Source: Lama glama (Eukaryota). From it: a DNA stretch of 64,000 nucleotides. Shown one piece after another: positions 23,590 to 36,615 of the stretch. The stretch covers positions 8,680,001 to 8,744,000 of the forward strand of contig CM052825.1 of assembly GCA_028534125.1 (NCBI GenBank), given 5' to 3'. The notes below the pieces were generated by a model. The model did not search any database. It was not told the origin of the DNA and saw only the letters and a program-made list of their open reading frames with translations. The number at the start of each line of letters is the position of its first letter. Position 1 is the first letter of the stretch. The position numbers and the translations under genes are program-made.

Positions 23590-23760
23590 TCTGTCAGGAT
23601 CACCCCGAGAGCTTGCTAAATGCAGGAATGCTGTTCCCACCCCAGAGTTTCTGATTCAGCAGGTCTGGGATGAAGTGCCAGGAATTAATTGCATTTCCAG
23701 TACGTTTCCAGCTGGGGCTGGTGTTGCTGGAGCCGGAAGCCTGTTTAAGGACCACCAGCT
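23590..23760. mobile_element. MER5A-like hAT-Charlie element
   Basis: gcttgctaaatgcagg...cccaccccagagtttctgattcagcaggtctggg...ttgcatttc. Confidence 0.8.
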
Positions 23761-24264
23761 TGAAAGATTTGGATGCTGGAGGCTCAGACGTGGGCTGGGC
23801 TGGAGGGGTCGAGGAAGGAGTGAGTGGTCGGGGCAGGGGTGGAAGACAACACAGTCTTCCCGCTGCTGTCTGTGGGGGGCCCAAGTATGGAAGTGACGGT
23901 TCACATATAACAGGTGACCAGCGTTGCTGCCAGCATCCCCATCACACTGCCATCTGCTGAGGTCTTTTCTTCGGCTGGACACGGTGCTCAGTGCACCCTT
24001 GGTTGACCTCGGGGCTCCTGTGCACCCACCTGAAAACTAGGGGTTGTGGACTTTGCACTGCTCACCTCCCAGGGTTGCTGGGAGGATTCAATGTGACTCT
24101 GCAGCTAAGATCATACACTTAACAAACAGCAGAATGAACAACAAACAGGAGGCCCCCACAGTGCTATCACATTCCCTGGGGGCACAGAAGGCCTCTCCTA
24201 AGAGTTTCCTTCCTCTCTGGAAATGGAGGTCTGTGACTCTGCTCCGATCCCTCCTGCAGAAGGC

Positions 24265-24735
24265 AGAGCGATGGTCCCCAGCGAGGGCCTTAGCCTAATC
24301 CCCAAAGCCTGTGGATATGGTGGCTTGTGTGGCAGGAGGGACTTTGCAGATGTGATTATAAAGGACCTTCAGATGGAGAGATTATCTTGGATTATCCATG
24401 CAGGCTCGATGTAGTCATATGGGACCTTATAAAGGAAAGAAGGAGGCAGAAGAATCAGAGACACAAAACGCTGTGATGATGGGAACAGAGAGTTAAAGAG
24501 AGGTTTGCTACGCTGTTGGCTTTGAAGACAGGGGCGGGCCGTGAGCAGAGGAATGGCCTCAAGGAACTGGCAAAGCCAAGGAAGTGAGTTCTCCTCTAGA
24601 GCCTTCAGAAGGAAGCAGCCGCTGCCGACATCTTGAGTTTAGGACTTTCTGATGTGCAGAACTGTAAGAGGACAGCTTGGTGTTGGTTTAAGCCACTTCA
24701 TTGGTGGTTACTTGTTTCAGCAACAGCAGGAGGCC
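24265..24735 (+). mobile_element. MLT1D-like MaLR solo LTR
   Basis: gggactttgcagatgtgatt, gagattatcttggattatcc, tctcctctagagccttcagaagga, ttaagccact...ttgtttcagcaacagcagg. Confidence 0.9.
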
Positions 24736-25204
24736 AAACGCTCGCACTTTGTCTGGTCTCCCACCTTCATCCAATGCTCTTTCTCTTTCTGGAAGTCTCC
24801 ATTGCAGCGTTACTTTCTCAAGGAAGCCTCTCTGATCTCCCCGGCCAGATACTCCCTCATAGCTCCTCAGATGTTTTCAAAGAGCAACGTCACAATAGTA
24901 AAGTTACAGAAACCTTTGCATCAAGACTGGTTAATGTTTTTCTCTCTGGTTCTGATTTCAAGAGGATGTGACTGTCTTCTCCACAGATGGGGATCCAGCA
25001 CCGGACACAGTCCCTGGACTCTGCAGAGGCTCAGAGAACGTTTGTGAAATGCAGGAATGAACTGACTTCCAGTGGGTCCATCCTTACTGTGGGCCCGGCG
25101 TTGCCAGTGTGTCCGTGTGAGGGGGTCAGAGAAACCCAACCACATCCTCGCTCCCACTTGTAGTGGAGTGGGGAGATGAACATAAAATACAGAAAACTGG
25201 TAAT

Positions 25205-25490
25205 TCATAGCTTCACGAGTCCCATCCACAGAGACAGAAAGTGGAGTGGTGGTTGCCAGAGGCGGGGGAAGGGGAATGGGGAGCTAGAATTTGACGGGGA
25301 GACACAGTTGCAGGTGGGGAAGATGAAAAGCTCTGGAGGCGGGTGGTGGTGATGGTTGCACAAGAACATGAACGTCCTTTATGACACTGAACTGTGCACT
25401 TAAAAATGGTTAAGATGGTAAATTTTATGTTATGTGCATTTTATCACAATTTAAAAAATCCCTGTACCTAAATTAAAAAAAAAACACAAA
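25205..25490 (+). mobile_element. LINE-1 3' end (L1MB type) with A-rich tail
   Basis: atccacagagacagaaagt...cactgaactgtgcacttaaaaatggttaagatggtaaattttatgttatg. Confidence 0.88.
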
Positions 25491-26949
25491 CCAAAAACCG
25501 GCCTTCACAGACCCCGCCATTCACATCAATATGTTAAAAACCATTCACTGAAAAAAAAAAAGTCACAATTTCAGATGATGCTAAATTAAGAAAGTCCCAG
25601 TTTAGTCAAAGATGGAGGACCAAGTGCCTTACTGGACTTGGAGTCCCGAGATTGATTTGGAAGGTGTGATCCCTGCAGGGAGATGCGTTTGTGGCGGGCA
25701 GGGGAGCCTTGGAAGGCTTTCGAGGAGGGGACCCTTCAGCTGCAGCTTGCAGAGGAGGTGGTGGAAGGCTGACAGAGGGGTGTGCAGGGCCTCCGGGGGT
25801 CCCTTCCAGGGGAAATTCTACTTAGAAGAGATTTATTTATCTCATTTGACTAGTAAGAGCTCTTCCCCAGGACAGGGCCACCATTTCCTCTGGAGGACTC
25901 CAGGGCTCCAGTGGGGGCGGGGGTCCCCAGCTGAGAGCCTCACCTGGATGGCAGGACCCCTGAAATGCTCTGGGAAGACCGCTGGCCTCAGGGAGGAGGG
26001 TGGGCCCATCAGGCTGGGTACACTGTCTGGGGTAGCTGGGCAGGGCGGAGGACCAGGAGTCCAGGCTGGATGGGCACTGGTGACCTGAGCGGGAGCGCTC
26101 ATGACAGCCACCAGGTGTCTCTCTTGACTCGTGGAAGATGCTTGCAGGCTCCCTGTGCTCAGGCCTGTCTGCAGCCAGGGGAGGCCCCAGAATGCTTGGA
26201 CTTGGATGCTTTGGTGCGGGGCTGGGAATGAACGCTGGGCTCTCTGTTTAGCTGGGCAGCCGCACGCCTGGCGGTGCTCCCCTCCGGGGACCCTGAGCAG
26301 GGCAGCCACCGTCAGTGTTGTCGCCTCCCTCCTGGCTCTGTCGTATTCCTTGCTTCAGTGCCCACCACCAGAATGCAGGGGAGGGTTAAAGGCGATTGCA
26401 TGTGTAGAGTGTGGAGCTCGGGCCGGCACACATCAGGGCTCAGGTCATGGGCGTCAGGAGAACAGAGAGTATTCGGGATCTAAAGCTGAAGGGGGCCAGA
26501 GTGACGTATCTGGCCTCGGCTGGGAATGTGGGCCTTGGAAGGCACAGAGCTTTCTGGTACCTCCATGGTGAAAAGAATAAGCGACCAGCTCTGCAGGGCC
26601 ATTGCTGTGCAGCGGGGCAGGGGAGGGTCAGTGGTTTCTCTGTCTATATGCTCTGGGGTTGGGCTGGGCTGGCCCCTCCAGAGCCCTTCCCCTCTGCCCT
26701 CTCTCATCAGGAAGTCTCAGCTTCCAGGTCCGGATTCCAGCGCTCAAGGAGCCCATGGGGAGGGTGTCAGAGACCCAGGCCCTTCCTGTTCCACCTCGAG
26801 TCTCTCCCCGCTCCACCCCGACTCTAGGAGATAACTTGGAAGGGCAGATGGGGAGATGGTGTCTGTTCCTTTCTGTTCTAGAAAGACTCACTATCAGTCT
26901 GCCCTACTATACCAGACAGAACAGCCCAGCAGCCCTGTGTCTGTCTGTG

Positions 26950-27450
26950 TATTCAGCGCATGTTCACTGAGAGCCTATTGTGTGCCAGGCACCATGCTAG
27001 GTGTTGAGAACACAACAGGGAACAAGACAGGCACAGGATCTGCTCACAAGGAGTCTGTAGCTGAGCAGAGAGCCAAGCATGAAACCAGTGGACCAATAAA
27101 TGTACCAGTGTATTTCAGATGGTGGTGGTGCTTCAAAGAAAATAAACCAAGGATGATGTTAGAGAGAAGTGGGAGGAGAGGCAGGAACTACTTAGACTGG
27201 GTTGATTGGAGGACATGATCTCCAAGGTATGACCTCATGGATGAAAGATTGACCATGTGACAGTCTGGAGGAAGTGCAGGCAGAACAGCATGTGCAAAGG
27301 CCCTGGGGTGGGAGAGGGCCTGGTGTGTGTGAAGGCCAGGGTGGCTGGAGCATGGTGAATGGGGGAATAGCCCCGGATGAAGTTGGAGAGGTGGCAGGGC
27401 CAGGCTCACGTAGGGCCTGTGAGAGAGAGAAGGGATTTTATTCTCATGGG
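26950..27450 (-). mobile_element. LINE-2 3' fragment
   Basis: ttcactgagagcctattgtgtgccaggcaccatgctagg and gaacagcatgtgcaaaggccctgggg. Confidence 0.85.
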
Positions 27451-27479
27451 GATGGTGTGGTCTGATTCACCCATGTCTC

Positions 27480-27510
27480 TGTGTGTGTGTGCGTGCGTGT
27501 GTGTGTGTGT
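27480..27510. repeat. (TG)n microsatellite, interrupted
   Basis: Directly visible. Confidence 0.9.
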
Positions 27511-27529
27511 AGGGTGCACAGGCATACAA

Positions 27530-27665
27530 TAACTGTGAATATTTATTGAGTCCTTGTTATGTTATGTCCTGGATTATATGTTATCTCATTATTTTCTTAG
27601 GGACAGGAAGATATAAATATTTCCTATCATCTATCCCATTTTACAGATGAAAAAATTGGGGGCAG
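27530..27665 (-). mobile_element. MIR SINE fragment
   Basis: tatcccattttacagatgaaaaaattggggg core. Confidence 0.7.
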
Positions 27666-28136
27666 GGAGTCCCTATTCCCACTCCCCTAGTTGTCCCTTG
27701 GGAAGATGAGCCTTAAGGGGTGATGCGCTGGGGCTTTGTGGGCCCCTAACTTGCAGCCCTCGTGTGGAGCGGGAGGCGGGGCAGGCAGGCAGGGATGCCC
27801 ACGACGACGCAGGGTCTGGGGAAGCCTCTCTGCTCCCAGCTTCCTGCTGCCCCAGCTCAATGTCTCCAGCTGACTTTGCTATTCAGGTGGAACTTCTGGC
27901 TGTAAGAGATTTACTTGGCACAACCAGATTCTCTTGTGGATATTCCACTGCGTGTCTCTCCTCCTGCCAGTCCGCCAGCCCCCGGGGAGGAGGAGCAGCG
28001 GGTGATTGCTTACAGCACCCACAGCGCCCAGCACAGCGCCTGGCAGGTGCGTGGGCTCAAGCAACATCCTGCGAGTGCAGGCATGATGCAGGAGCAAACC
28101 AGAGTCTGAGCCTGGGTTTCCGGAGAGCAGAGGCCC

Positions 28137-28172
28137 CCGGAGGCTCCGCCGGAGGCTCCCCCGGAGGCTGCG
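28137..28172. repeat. 12-bp GC-rich tandem repeat x3 (CCGGAGGCTCCS)
   Basis: ccggaggctccg ccggaggctccc ccggaggctgcg. Confidence 0.85.
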
Positions 28173-31100
28173 TGCACCTGCTGCAGGAGGGCTGGGTCCC
28201 GGGAGTGACGAGGGACAAGGACAGTGAGGGAGTGGAGGCAGAGCCGGTGTGAGGAAGCTGCTGAATTGGCCTCTCTGGGGGAGCTGCGTGGGTGGCGCCT
28301 CTCCTGGGGCCATGGTGGGCAGGGTGGGTGGACGGCACTGTCATCCCTGAGCCTGTGCTTTGTGGCTCCCCAGGACAGCCCTTGGAGGGGAAGGGAGAAG
28401 AGTGTGTTCACTGCTCCGGTCTCCTCCTGGCCAGAGTTCTGTCCCACCAGGTGTCAATTACTGCACCCCACCCCCTCCAGGTGGCACACGCGTGGGCCAT
28501 CGTGGCACTGTATCTGACAGTGTCTTTCAGCGGTCTTGGTGTGCTCTCGCTCCTTGCTGTGACAGGAATGTGACAGCACGTTCTTTCTAAGCTGCTGATG
28601 CTGATAAGTGTCTCTGGTCACAGGCCTCACACTGTGTGTGAACAGATGTTCCTGGCAGGACCTTGTGGGGCCACCATTCCAGCTGAGGACACCCAAGTTC
28701 CACGCGGGCAGGTTTCCAGGGCTGAGATCCCCGCCCGCAGAGACCGGGTTTGCTCATGCCTGCAGGACCTCTGAGTGTCATTTTGGGGAGACAGCTGGCC
28801 TCTGGAAATCCTTTGCTTCCCACAGGGGTTCCTCAGTGCTCCTGAATGGTCTCTTTTCTTTCTAGAAAGCAGCTCTGTGAGTGAGACCTGTCCCTTCTGA
28901 GCTGCGTCGTGGAGATGCCAGGAGAACAGAGCCTGGGCTCCAACCCATTTCCTTTCCACCCGGACCAGGGCCCTGGTGGCCAGGTTAGCTTTGGGTGACC
29001 TGCACTCCTGCAGTGGGGGACCCGCACTCTTTGCTGATTTTGAGGTGCTACAGCCGCACAGGCAGTTTCGCTCAGGCCAGTCCCCGTCTGCAGCTGCTGA
29101 TCACCGTGCCCCCTTCACTTTCCGATATGTCCCCGTTTGGGTGATAACTTAAATCGCCACCCTCGTCTATGGAATGTTTGACTTGGATGACTCATTCCTT
29201 CTGAGCTCAGAGCCTTCCCTTTATCCCTGGGAATGGTTTGGAAATGCCTTCCCTTAGCCTTGAGATAGACAAAAGGAAAATGGGCAAGACGTGCTCCATC
29301 GGAGGACGTGCCAAGCCCTTCCCCTTTTCTCGAGATGTGACAATAATGATCCCACTAAAAAGAATGGACGTGATCTCTTGGTGACATGTAGTCAGGCTCC
29401 GTGCTGGGCACTTGGGGAGGGTCCCTGTCCTCAGGGGCCTCAAGTGGAGGGGGGACACTGAGGAGTAAACCAGTGAGGATGGTGCCAGCATGGAGGGAAT
29501 CTCAGGCTGCCGGGGGGACCGAGGCAGGGGTCTCACTTAGCCCAGAATAGGGTCTCATGGTCCTGCAGGGACCCAGAGAGGCTAGTGATTACCAAACAAC
29601 CCGCTGAGACAGCACATGCTATGGGGATCTGGCGGGAAGAGCAACCAAATCATGCTGGGGTCGGGGTAGGGGACTTTCTAGAGGCGGGGAGAGGGCTTTC
29701 CTGGCAGAGGGCACCACCTGTGCAAAGTCATTGCTCTCAAAGACTCAGGACAGCGGGGCATCAATTGCCAGTGGGGACAGGGGGAGATACTCTGAAGAAG
29801 TGACCAGGGCCCTGGTTGTGAAGGGCTCTGTGTGCCATGTTGGGGATTCTGCCCTTTGTCTGGAAAGCTGTGGGCCAGAGGGGGCGCTTATTACCCCTCC
29901 CTGCAGGTGGCACATGCGTGGTGGGTCTGGAGAGGGTCTGGTTCTCAAGTATCCTTTGCTACATGGCCAGAGGGCAGCCCCAGCGAGGGGCAAGAGGAGT
30001 GTGGTTCCTTGAGCTGAGACACAATGGATGCTGCCCCTTGAAGGTGGTCTCAGTCCATGCGGCAGGGTCACTGCTAGGGCGGGAATGGTGACAAGGGTTG
30101 GCTGAGGCTTGGCAAAGATTTGGCACACAATGGGTGTCTCCCACACAAAGCGTCTTTTCTTCATTTAGGGAACATTCAGGACCGTGTGTCTGTGCGTGCC
30201 AGAGACATGGTCCCAGGATGCTCAGTTGTGGGCCAGACAAGCTGGGTGTGGGGTCATCCCAGCCCTAAGAGGATGCACCCCAGAGGCAGCCCAGGTGACC
30301 CGGGGAGGGCACTGAGCTGAGGGTCAGGTAACCCTGTTTTAGGCTTGGGCTCAGCTTTCCTGCCACTCTGTTGGATTAGGCACTGCCCTCTTCAGGATGT
30401 TTTTTCATCCTTCATTGTAAATTGTTCTTCCTAATGATCTTTCCTCCGTGACCTGAGAAACTGGGCTGGTTTGAGGACTTTGGGCTGTTCTGCTGGGGCA
30501 GGGGCAGGATGGGGACATGCCACGGAATGGGGGAACATAGAGGCGGCAGAGGGCAGATTTGGTGAGCATCCCAGTTTTGCTGGCTCCCTGAGGGGTGGTA
30601 TGGGGTCAGGGAGCAGCAGAGCTAGAAGGGAGCTTATCCAACCTTCCCATTTTACAGATGAGAAAGTGAGACCCAGAGGTGGGTGCAAATTGCCTAAGTC
30701 AGGGCTCTTCTCTCTTGCTCCAATGCACCTGTCTGGTCTGTGCTTGGATATACTGGGAAGAAGGGGAAGGGTGAGGAGAGAACCTAGGATCCCTCAGACT
30801 GAAAGAAGCTTCTGGAAGTCCTCAGAGGTATGGCATCAGGGTGCAGGGAAGGTTCCAGGCTGTCTGGATGCAGGGAGACAGCAGCCTGCTAAGCTGGCAG
30901 ACAGCAGATGACTGGCCCCTGAGCCTCAGTTTCCTTATCTGCAAAAGGAGCCAGTCAGTCTGGAAAACAGGGGAGGCCCTCCTACCTCTGATTCACACCC
31001 TGTGCCCTCTCATCCAGAAACACAGTCCACACTGGAGTAGAGGAACCCCACTTTTCTGTTGGCTCGTCTGCTGCTCACATCTGCACACCAGCTGGAAGGG

Positions 31101-31369
31101 ATTGGAGCCTGTCTGGGACTCTCTCCCGCCAGCACTGTTTATTTTCTCATCTATTTCCAGCTAAGGATTCCGTGTACCAGTGAGAGTGGTTTCTGGTACC
31201 ATGTAGACATGGCCTGTGTGGATTTTCCTGGCCTGTCTTCCAGGGCCCGATCTGATTTCCATACAGCCTGAGTGCTTCGTGTCAATTTGGGCAGGCCAGT
31301 TAGTAACCTGTACTTTCCAGGGTCTCTGTGGGCGGATGGTTCAGCTCCTGGGAGGGAGTCAAAGGGGAA

Positions 31370-31482
31370 AGTGTATGTGGATGGTGTGTGTATGCAGGGT
31401 GCACATGGTGTGTGGCATGTGCATGCACGTGTGTGTGTGTGCTCTGTGCGTGTGTGTACACATGCACAGGCCATGTGCATGG
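31370..31482. repeat. Degenerate (TG/CA)-rich low-complexity tract
   Basis: gtgtatgtggatggtgtgtgtatgca...gtgtgtgtgtgctctgtgcgtgtgtgtacacatgc. Confidence 0.8.
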
Positions 31483-33349
31483 GCAGTGAGGTGGGGTGGG
31501 CCTCCTGGAATGGAAGGAGGTGGGGTCCTGCAAACTCAGTGAGTCCCCCTGGATTGTCTCCAGGCAGAGTCTATTGCTGGCAGGGCCTGGAGGGCTTCAT
31601 GAGTTTGGATGGGAGGGAAGCTGGCCCTGTGGGAAGCATAGAGCTTGGCCCTTGAAATCAGACACTTGGAGGCACTTGACATTTTCTTAGGGATTCAGGA
31701 GCTTTTGTGTGTCTGGGATGAGTGAACATGAGCCCCTGGGTCCCAGTGAGGAAGTACAGAAGGCCTGAGTGCTGGCTCTTCCTCAGTAGCCCCCGTCCCT
31801 GTCCGGGGCCTGCTCTTCCGGCTTTGAGGCCCTGGCTGGCACCATGTGTGGAGCGCAGGGGCCTGTAGTTGCAGAAGTTGCTGTGAAAGAGGCTTCTGGA
31901 GGCAGCAAGAGGCATTTCACATCAGCAAGACTTGGAGAGCTTGACCTGCCAGCGGCAAGGCCATAGCATGCAGCTCGGATAATGCAAACACGACGGTGTG
32001 GAGAACAGGATACAGCTAAACTTGTTTTCTGCAGACCTGATTTGCAAGATGCTTGTGATAGTAAACGTTAATATGCTCACTCAGGGCGATTAATTTTGCA
32101 GTGGCTGAATCTCATCAGTGTACTTTCATCTGTGGCCAGTGTGACATTTGTGAGCTGCATACTCCCATTAGTTCCCTCTTCTCCTGACTATCTGCTCGGA
32201 GAACTGGGGACATGGTTTCTTAGACGTTATCTCCATAAACAGTGGAGGCAAGAGGCCGGGACTCAAGAGCTGCCGTTATTTCCCTGTGTCTGCGGGAGGG
32301 CGGAGTTGGCATTTCCCCCTGGTGGCAGAGCTGGACTTGGAGCTACCTGCCCGCGGGGAGCCTGGGACCGTCGTGCACTGTCTGATCTTGGTTCAATTCT
32401 ATAGCCTCATGATTCTGTTTTTTTTTTTTTTTTGATGTATGAAATGGATCTAACCACAAGGCTTCTGTTGCATTTGTTGAATGGGCCTAGTGATGAGTGA
32501 ATGAGCTGGCGCCTGTGAAGAGAAGGTCTTAGTTTAGTGTCATCCCGCGGCGAGGGCTCAGTGGATGCTGGCTATGATGATTAGCTCTTACTTCTCTACT
32601 AATTTACTTATTTCCCATCTTGTTCCAAAAATATCTGCGACAGCTTAGAAAACGAAAACAACGTACAAATAAAAAATTGAAGAGAAGCATGAATCAGGAT
32701 AAAGGGAAAATAAAAGTAGAAGAGAAAGACAGGCCAGAAGGGAGACTCTAGCATGCAGGGATACAAGCTACAAAGTCAGATCGTTTTACTGAGGCAGGAG
32801 CAGAGGGGCGGGCACTGATAATTGCCCTTAAGTGTCCTAGTGGCCAAAGCAAGAAAGAAATATCAGCAGGTGTGTGTGGCTAGTGATTGAGAGGCCTTCA
32901 GTGCCCGTGTAAGGACACTTAGCAGAAGCAGGGTGAAAGTTTGTCCCCTGGACTCTTGGTTTCAGAATCTTTCCACTAGTCTTTGTGACCTCCCAGTAGG
33001 TCAGCTTCTTCCCTTCAGCAGCAGAGGAGAAGCTGGGTCCTTCTCAGGGCAAGGTATTGGGCCAGCAGTGGTGGCGGGGGAGGCCCAGCCCCAGGGGGAC
33101 AAAGGAAGCAGGCTGGGGTGTCCCCAGACAGTTCCAGCTTGATTTGTCACTCTAAGATTTAGCCAAACCCAGTCTCTGCTTGTTTTACCTCTCAGGATTC
33201 GATTTGTTCTTGAATGTTGCTCTTCAGTCCTGAACCTGGACACCTTTGGAATGATTCCTCAGTTGGGCTAGTTCAAGGAGAGAGATTTAAAGATCCCCTT
33301 ACCCACCTGCAGGGAAGGTACCATCACTGGGGGTTGCCCCTGGCCCTTG

Positions 33350-34220
33350 TTTTTTCTTTTTTTTTAAACTTTTTTTTTTTGAGTTATAGTCATTTTACAA
33401 TGTTGTTTCAAATTCCAGTGTAGAGCACAATTTTTCAGTTATGTGTGAACATACATACATTCATTGTCACATTCTCTTTTGCTGTGAGCCACCACAAGAT
33501 CCTGTATATATTTCCCTGTGCTACACAGTACGATCTTGTTTATCTATTCTACATTTTGAGACCCCAGTCTGTCTCTTCCCACCCCTCCGTCCCCCTGGCA
33601 ACCACAAATTTATATTCTATGTCTATGAGTCTGTTTCTGTTTTGTATTTATTTATTTATTTATTTTAGATTCCGCATATGCACAATCTCATATGGTATTT
33701 TTCTTTCTCTTTCTGGCTTACTTCACTTAGAATGACGTTCTCCAGGAACATCCATGTTGCTGCAAATGGCGTTATGTTGTCAGTTTTTATGGCTGAATAG
33801 TATTCCATTGTATGAATATACCACATCTTCTTTATCCAGTCATCTGTCGATGGACATTTAGGCTGTTTATATGTCTTGGCTATTGTAAATAGTGCTGCTA
33901 TGAACACTGGGGCACAGGTGTTATTTTGAAGTAGGGTTCCTTCTGGATACAANNNNNNNNNNNNNNNNNNNNNNNNNNNNNNNNNNNNNNNNNNNNNNNN
34001 NNNNNNNNNNNNNNNNNNNNNNNNNNNNNNNNNNNNNNNNNNNNNNNNNNNNNNNNNNNNNNNNNNNNNNNNNNNNNNNNNNNNNNNNNNNNNNNNNNNN
34101 NNNNNNNNNNNNNNCTTAACGAACGATGGCCATTCTGACTGGTGTGAGGTGATACCTCATTGTAGTTTTGATTTGTGTTTCTCTGATAATTAGTGATACT
34201 GAGCATTTTTTCATGTGCCT
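33350..34220 (-). mobile_element. Relatively young 5'-truncated LINE-1 (ORF2 C-terminus + 3' UTR), contains N-gap 33953-34114
   Basis: ORF 33665-33952(-) FIAALFTIAKTYKQPKCPSTDDWIKKMWYIHTMEYYSAIK is the open L1 ORF2 C-terminus; poly-T at about 33350-33380. Confidence 0.95.
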
Positions 34221-34247
34221 GAATCTTTAGTTTTCATTTAATTTTGA

Positions 34248-34365
34248 ACATCATCAATATCCCCATCCTCCCCATCCACATTAGCAACATCGTAACCTTC
34301 ACTGTCACCATCACCACCACCACAGCCATCACCATCACCAGTATCACTGTCATCATCATCATCTC
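34248..34365. repeat. Degenerate (CAT/CAC)n trinucleotide tract
   Basis: caccatcaccaccaccacagccatcaccatcaccagtatcactgtcatcatcatc. Confidence 0.8.
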
Positions 34366-34404
34366 TAACTTTACTGAGGACCTTATTATAGGCAGTTTAC
34401 TGAC

Positions 34405-34770
34405 ATGTTTCAACCATTCTCCAGGTAGTTTCTGGGTGCCTACTATGGACTCAGCACTGTTTGAAGTGTTAGGAATATAGCGTTGGACCAGGTGGTCCAA
34501 GGACCTGCACTGTGGAGATTACTGTTTAGTGGGGAAACAGGCAACGAAGGCAGAACAAGAAATGTATAATACATTATCAAGTGAGAATTAGTACTAGGAA
34601 GAAAAAGGAAGCAAGAGGATGGGGTACAGAGTGATGGACGATTGATATGCTACTTTAGACAAGGTGTTCCCAGCATTAAATGAAGGTGGAGCAGGTGCAA
34701 AGGCCCTGAGGTAGGAACATGCTTGGTCTATTTAAGGAACAGTAATTGAGTAGACTGTGGTTTCTGGAGT
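34405..34770 (-). mobile_element. LINE-2 3' fragment
   Basis: gggtgcctactatggactcagcactg; gtgcaaaggccctgaggtaggaacatgcttgg. Confidence 0.75.
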
Positions 34771-35387
34771 GCAATAATGTATCTGCGAGGTAGTGCTAAT
34801 TCTCATTTGTAGATGAAGAAACAGAGAGGTGAAATAACTTGCCCACAGTAAGTGCCAGAGCCAGAATCCAACCACAGAAAAATAAAAGGAGGGGTGATGG
34901 TTTAGGACTGACAAAAGGAGAAAGGTGGTGAAATAAACAGTGGTAGGACAGACAGAGAAAGATGGAGGGGTGGGGAGAGACAGAGAAAGGGCTGGGAGAG
35001 GAAGAGGAGGTGGAAAGGGTATATAGAAAAGGAAAGGCTGGAAAGGGGATGGAGAATTCTGGCCAGATGTAATGCTTNNNNNNNNNNNNNNNNNNNNNNN
35101 NNNNNNNNNNNNNNNNNNNNNNNNNNNNNNNNNNNNNNNNNNNNNNNNNNNNNNNNNNNNNNNNNNNNNNNNNNNNNNNNNNNNNNNNNNNNNNNNNNNN
35201 NNNNNNNNNNNNNNNNNNNNNNNNNNNNNNNNNNNNNNNNNNNNNNNNNNNNNNNNNNNNNNNNNNNNNNNNNNNNNNNNNNNNNNNNNNNNNNNNNNNN
35301 NNNNNNNNNNNNNNNNNNNNNNNNNNNNNNNNNNNNNNNNNNNNNNNNNNNNNNNNNNNNNNNNNNNNNNNNNNNNNNNNNNNNNNN

Positions 35388-35530
35388 GAACCTCCAGCTC
35401 GAAGAAGGCAGATTGTGGGACTTCTCAGCCTCATAACTGCATAAACCAATCCCTCATAATAAATCTCTTTCTATATGTCTCTGTATATCCTATTAATTCT
35501 CCTTCTCTGAAGAAGCCTGATAATTACACC
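35388..35530 (+). mobile_element. MLT2 LTR 3' part (5' part lost in N-gap 35078-35387)
   Basis: gcagattgtgggacttctcagcctcataa...aataaatctc...tctctgaagaagcctga. Confidence 0.85.
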
Positions 35531-36134
35531 AGGGCTCTAGCTGGCTCCCACTGTCAAGGGCAGAACCCTGGCCAGGTGCCTTTAAATGTCTCTGTGATTC
35601 TGAGACGCCTTGTTACCATGTGGGGGGAGTGCTCAGCACTCTCGCTGCATAGGGAGGGGGATTTTCCCCATAGTAAGCATCAGCTGAATACTCTGATCTG
35701 GTTCCAAGAAATTTCTGTGGATCGTGCTATCCCTGGATAGTGGTTTCAGCTTTTCACTGACCAACTGTGTGCCTTTGGCCAAGTCACTTCTCTTTGGACC
35801 TCGGCTGTCATATCTGGAACAGGAACTGATTAGACTGGATGACCCTTGAGGTCCCTCTGGGCTCAACACCAGGAATCAGAGTTGACATAGGTGCCAGTAT
35901 AGGATGGGTAGGGGATGGCAGGAGGACCTCCCTGTGCCCTGGGGCTGGCTCTGCATGGAACGGGCTGGGTCTGCAGAGGAGCCCTGATCTGACCCACGTT
36001 TTGGGGGCTCCTATGGATGCTCTGGTCTCCCAGGGGGTAGGGAACAAGCATCTCTCTGAAATGGAACCTTTTGGGGTTCAGTTGAGGAATAGCCATGGGA
36101 GCACCAGTGAAGGGCTGAACTCAGACAGTCATGC

Positions 36135-36615
36135 TTTTTTTTTTAAAAAAAAAAACAGCTTTATTGAGACACAATTTTATACCATCTGGAATTAAATTCA
36201 CCCATTTAAAGTGTACCATTCAAGGGCACTTGGTATATTCCAAGATTTGTCCAACCATCACCACAATCCATTTTAGAATATTTCCACCACCCCCAAAAGA
36301 AACCCCACACCCCTCATCTGTCACCCTCCACCCCCTCACTCTCCTAGTCCTAGGCAACCGCTGAACTACTTTCTGTCTCTGTGGATTTGCCTTTTCTGGA
36401 CATTTCGTATCAGTGCAATCACACAAAATGTGGCCTTTTGTGTCTGCCATCTGTCACTTAGCTTTTACGTTCAAGGTTCATCCTTATTTAGAAAGTGTCA
36501 GAACTTCATTCCTGTCTACGGCTGAGTCATATTCCGCTGTGTGTTTATGTCATGCTTCATTCATCCGTCCGTCAGCCGATGGACGGGGGCTGTTGCACCT
36601 GCTGGCTGTTGTCGT
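36135..36615 (-). mobile_element. LINE-1 3' end (L1MB type)
   Basis: cagctttattgagac...ttcacccatttaaagtgtac...ctaggcaaccgctgaactactttctgtctctgtggatttgcc. Confidence 0.9.

Noticed and set aside
28008-28040. RE1/REST-like motif (cagcacc...acagcgcc)
   Set aside because: Lacks the GG of the right half-site and correct spacing; explained by the L2 3' end consensus
34234-34500. Hydrophobic or Thr/Ile-rich ORFs resembling membrane proteins
   Set aside because: Translation of a (CAT/CAC)n low-complexity tract
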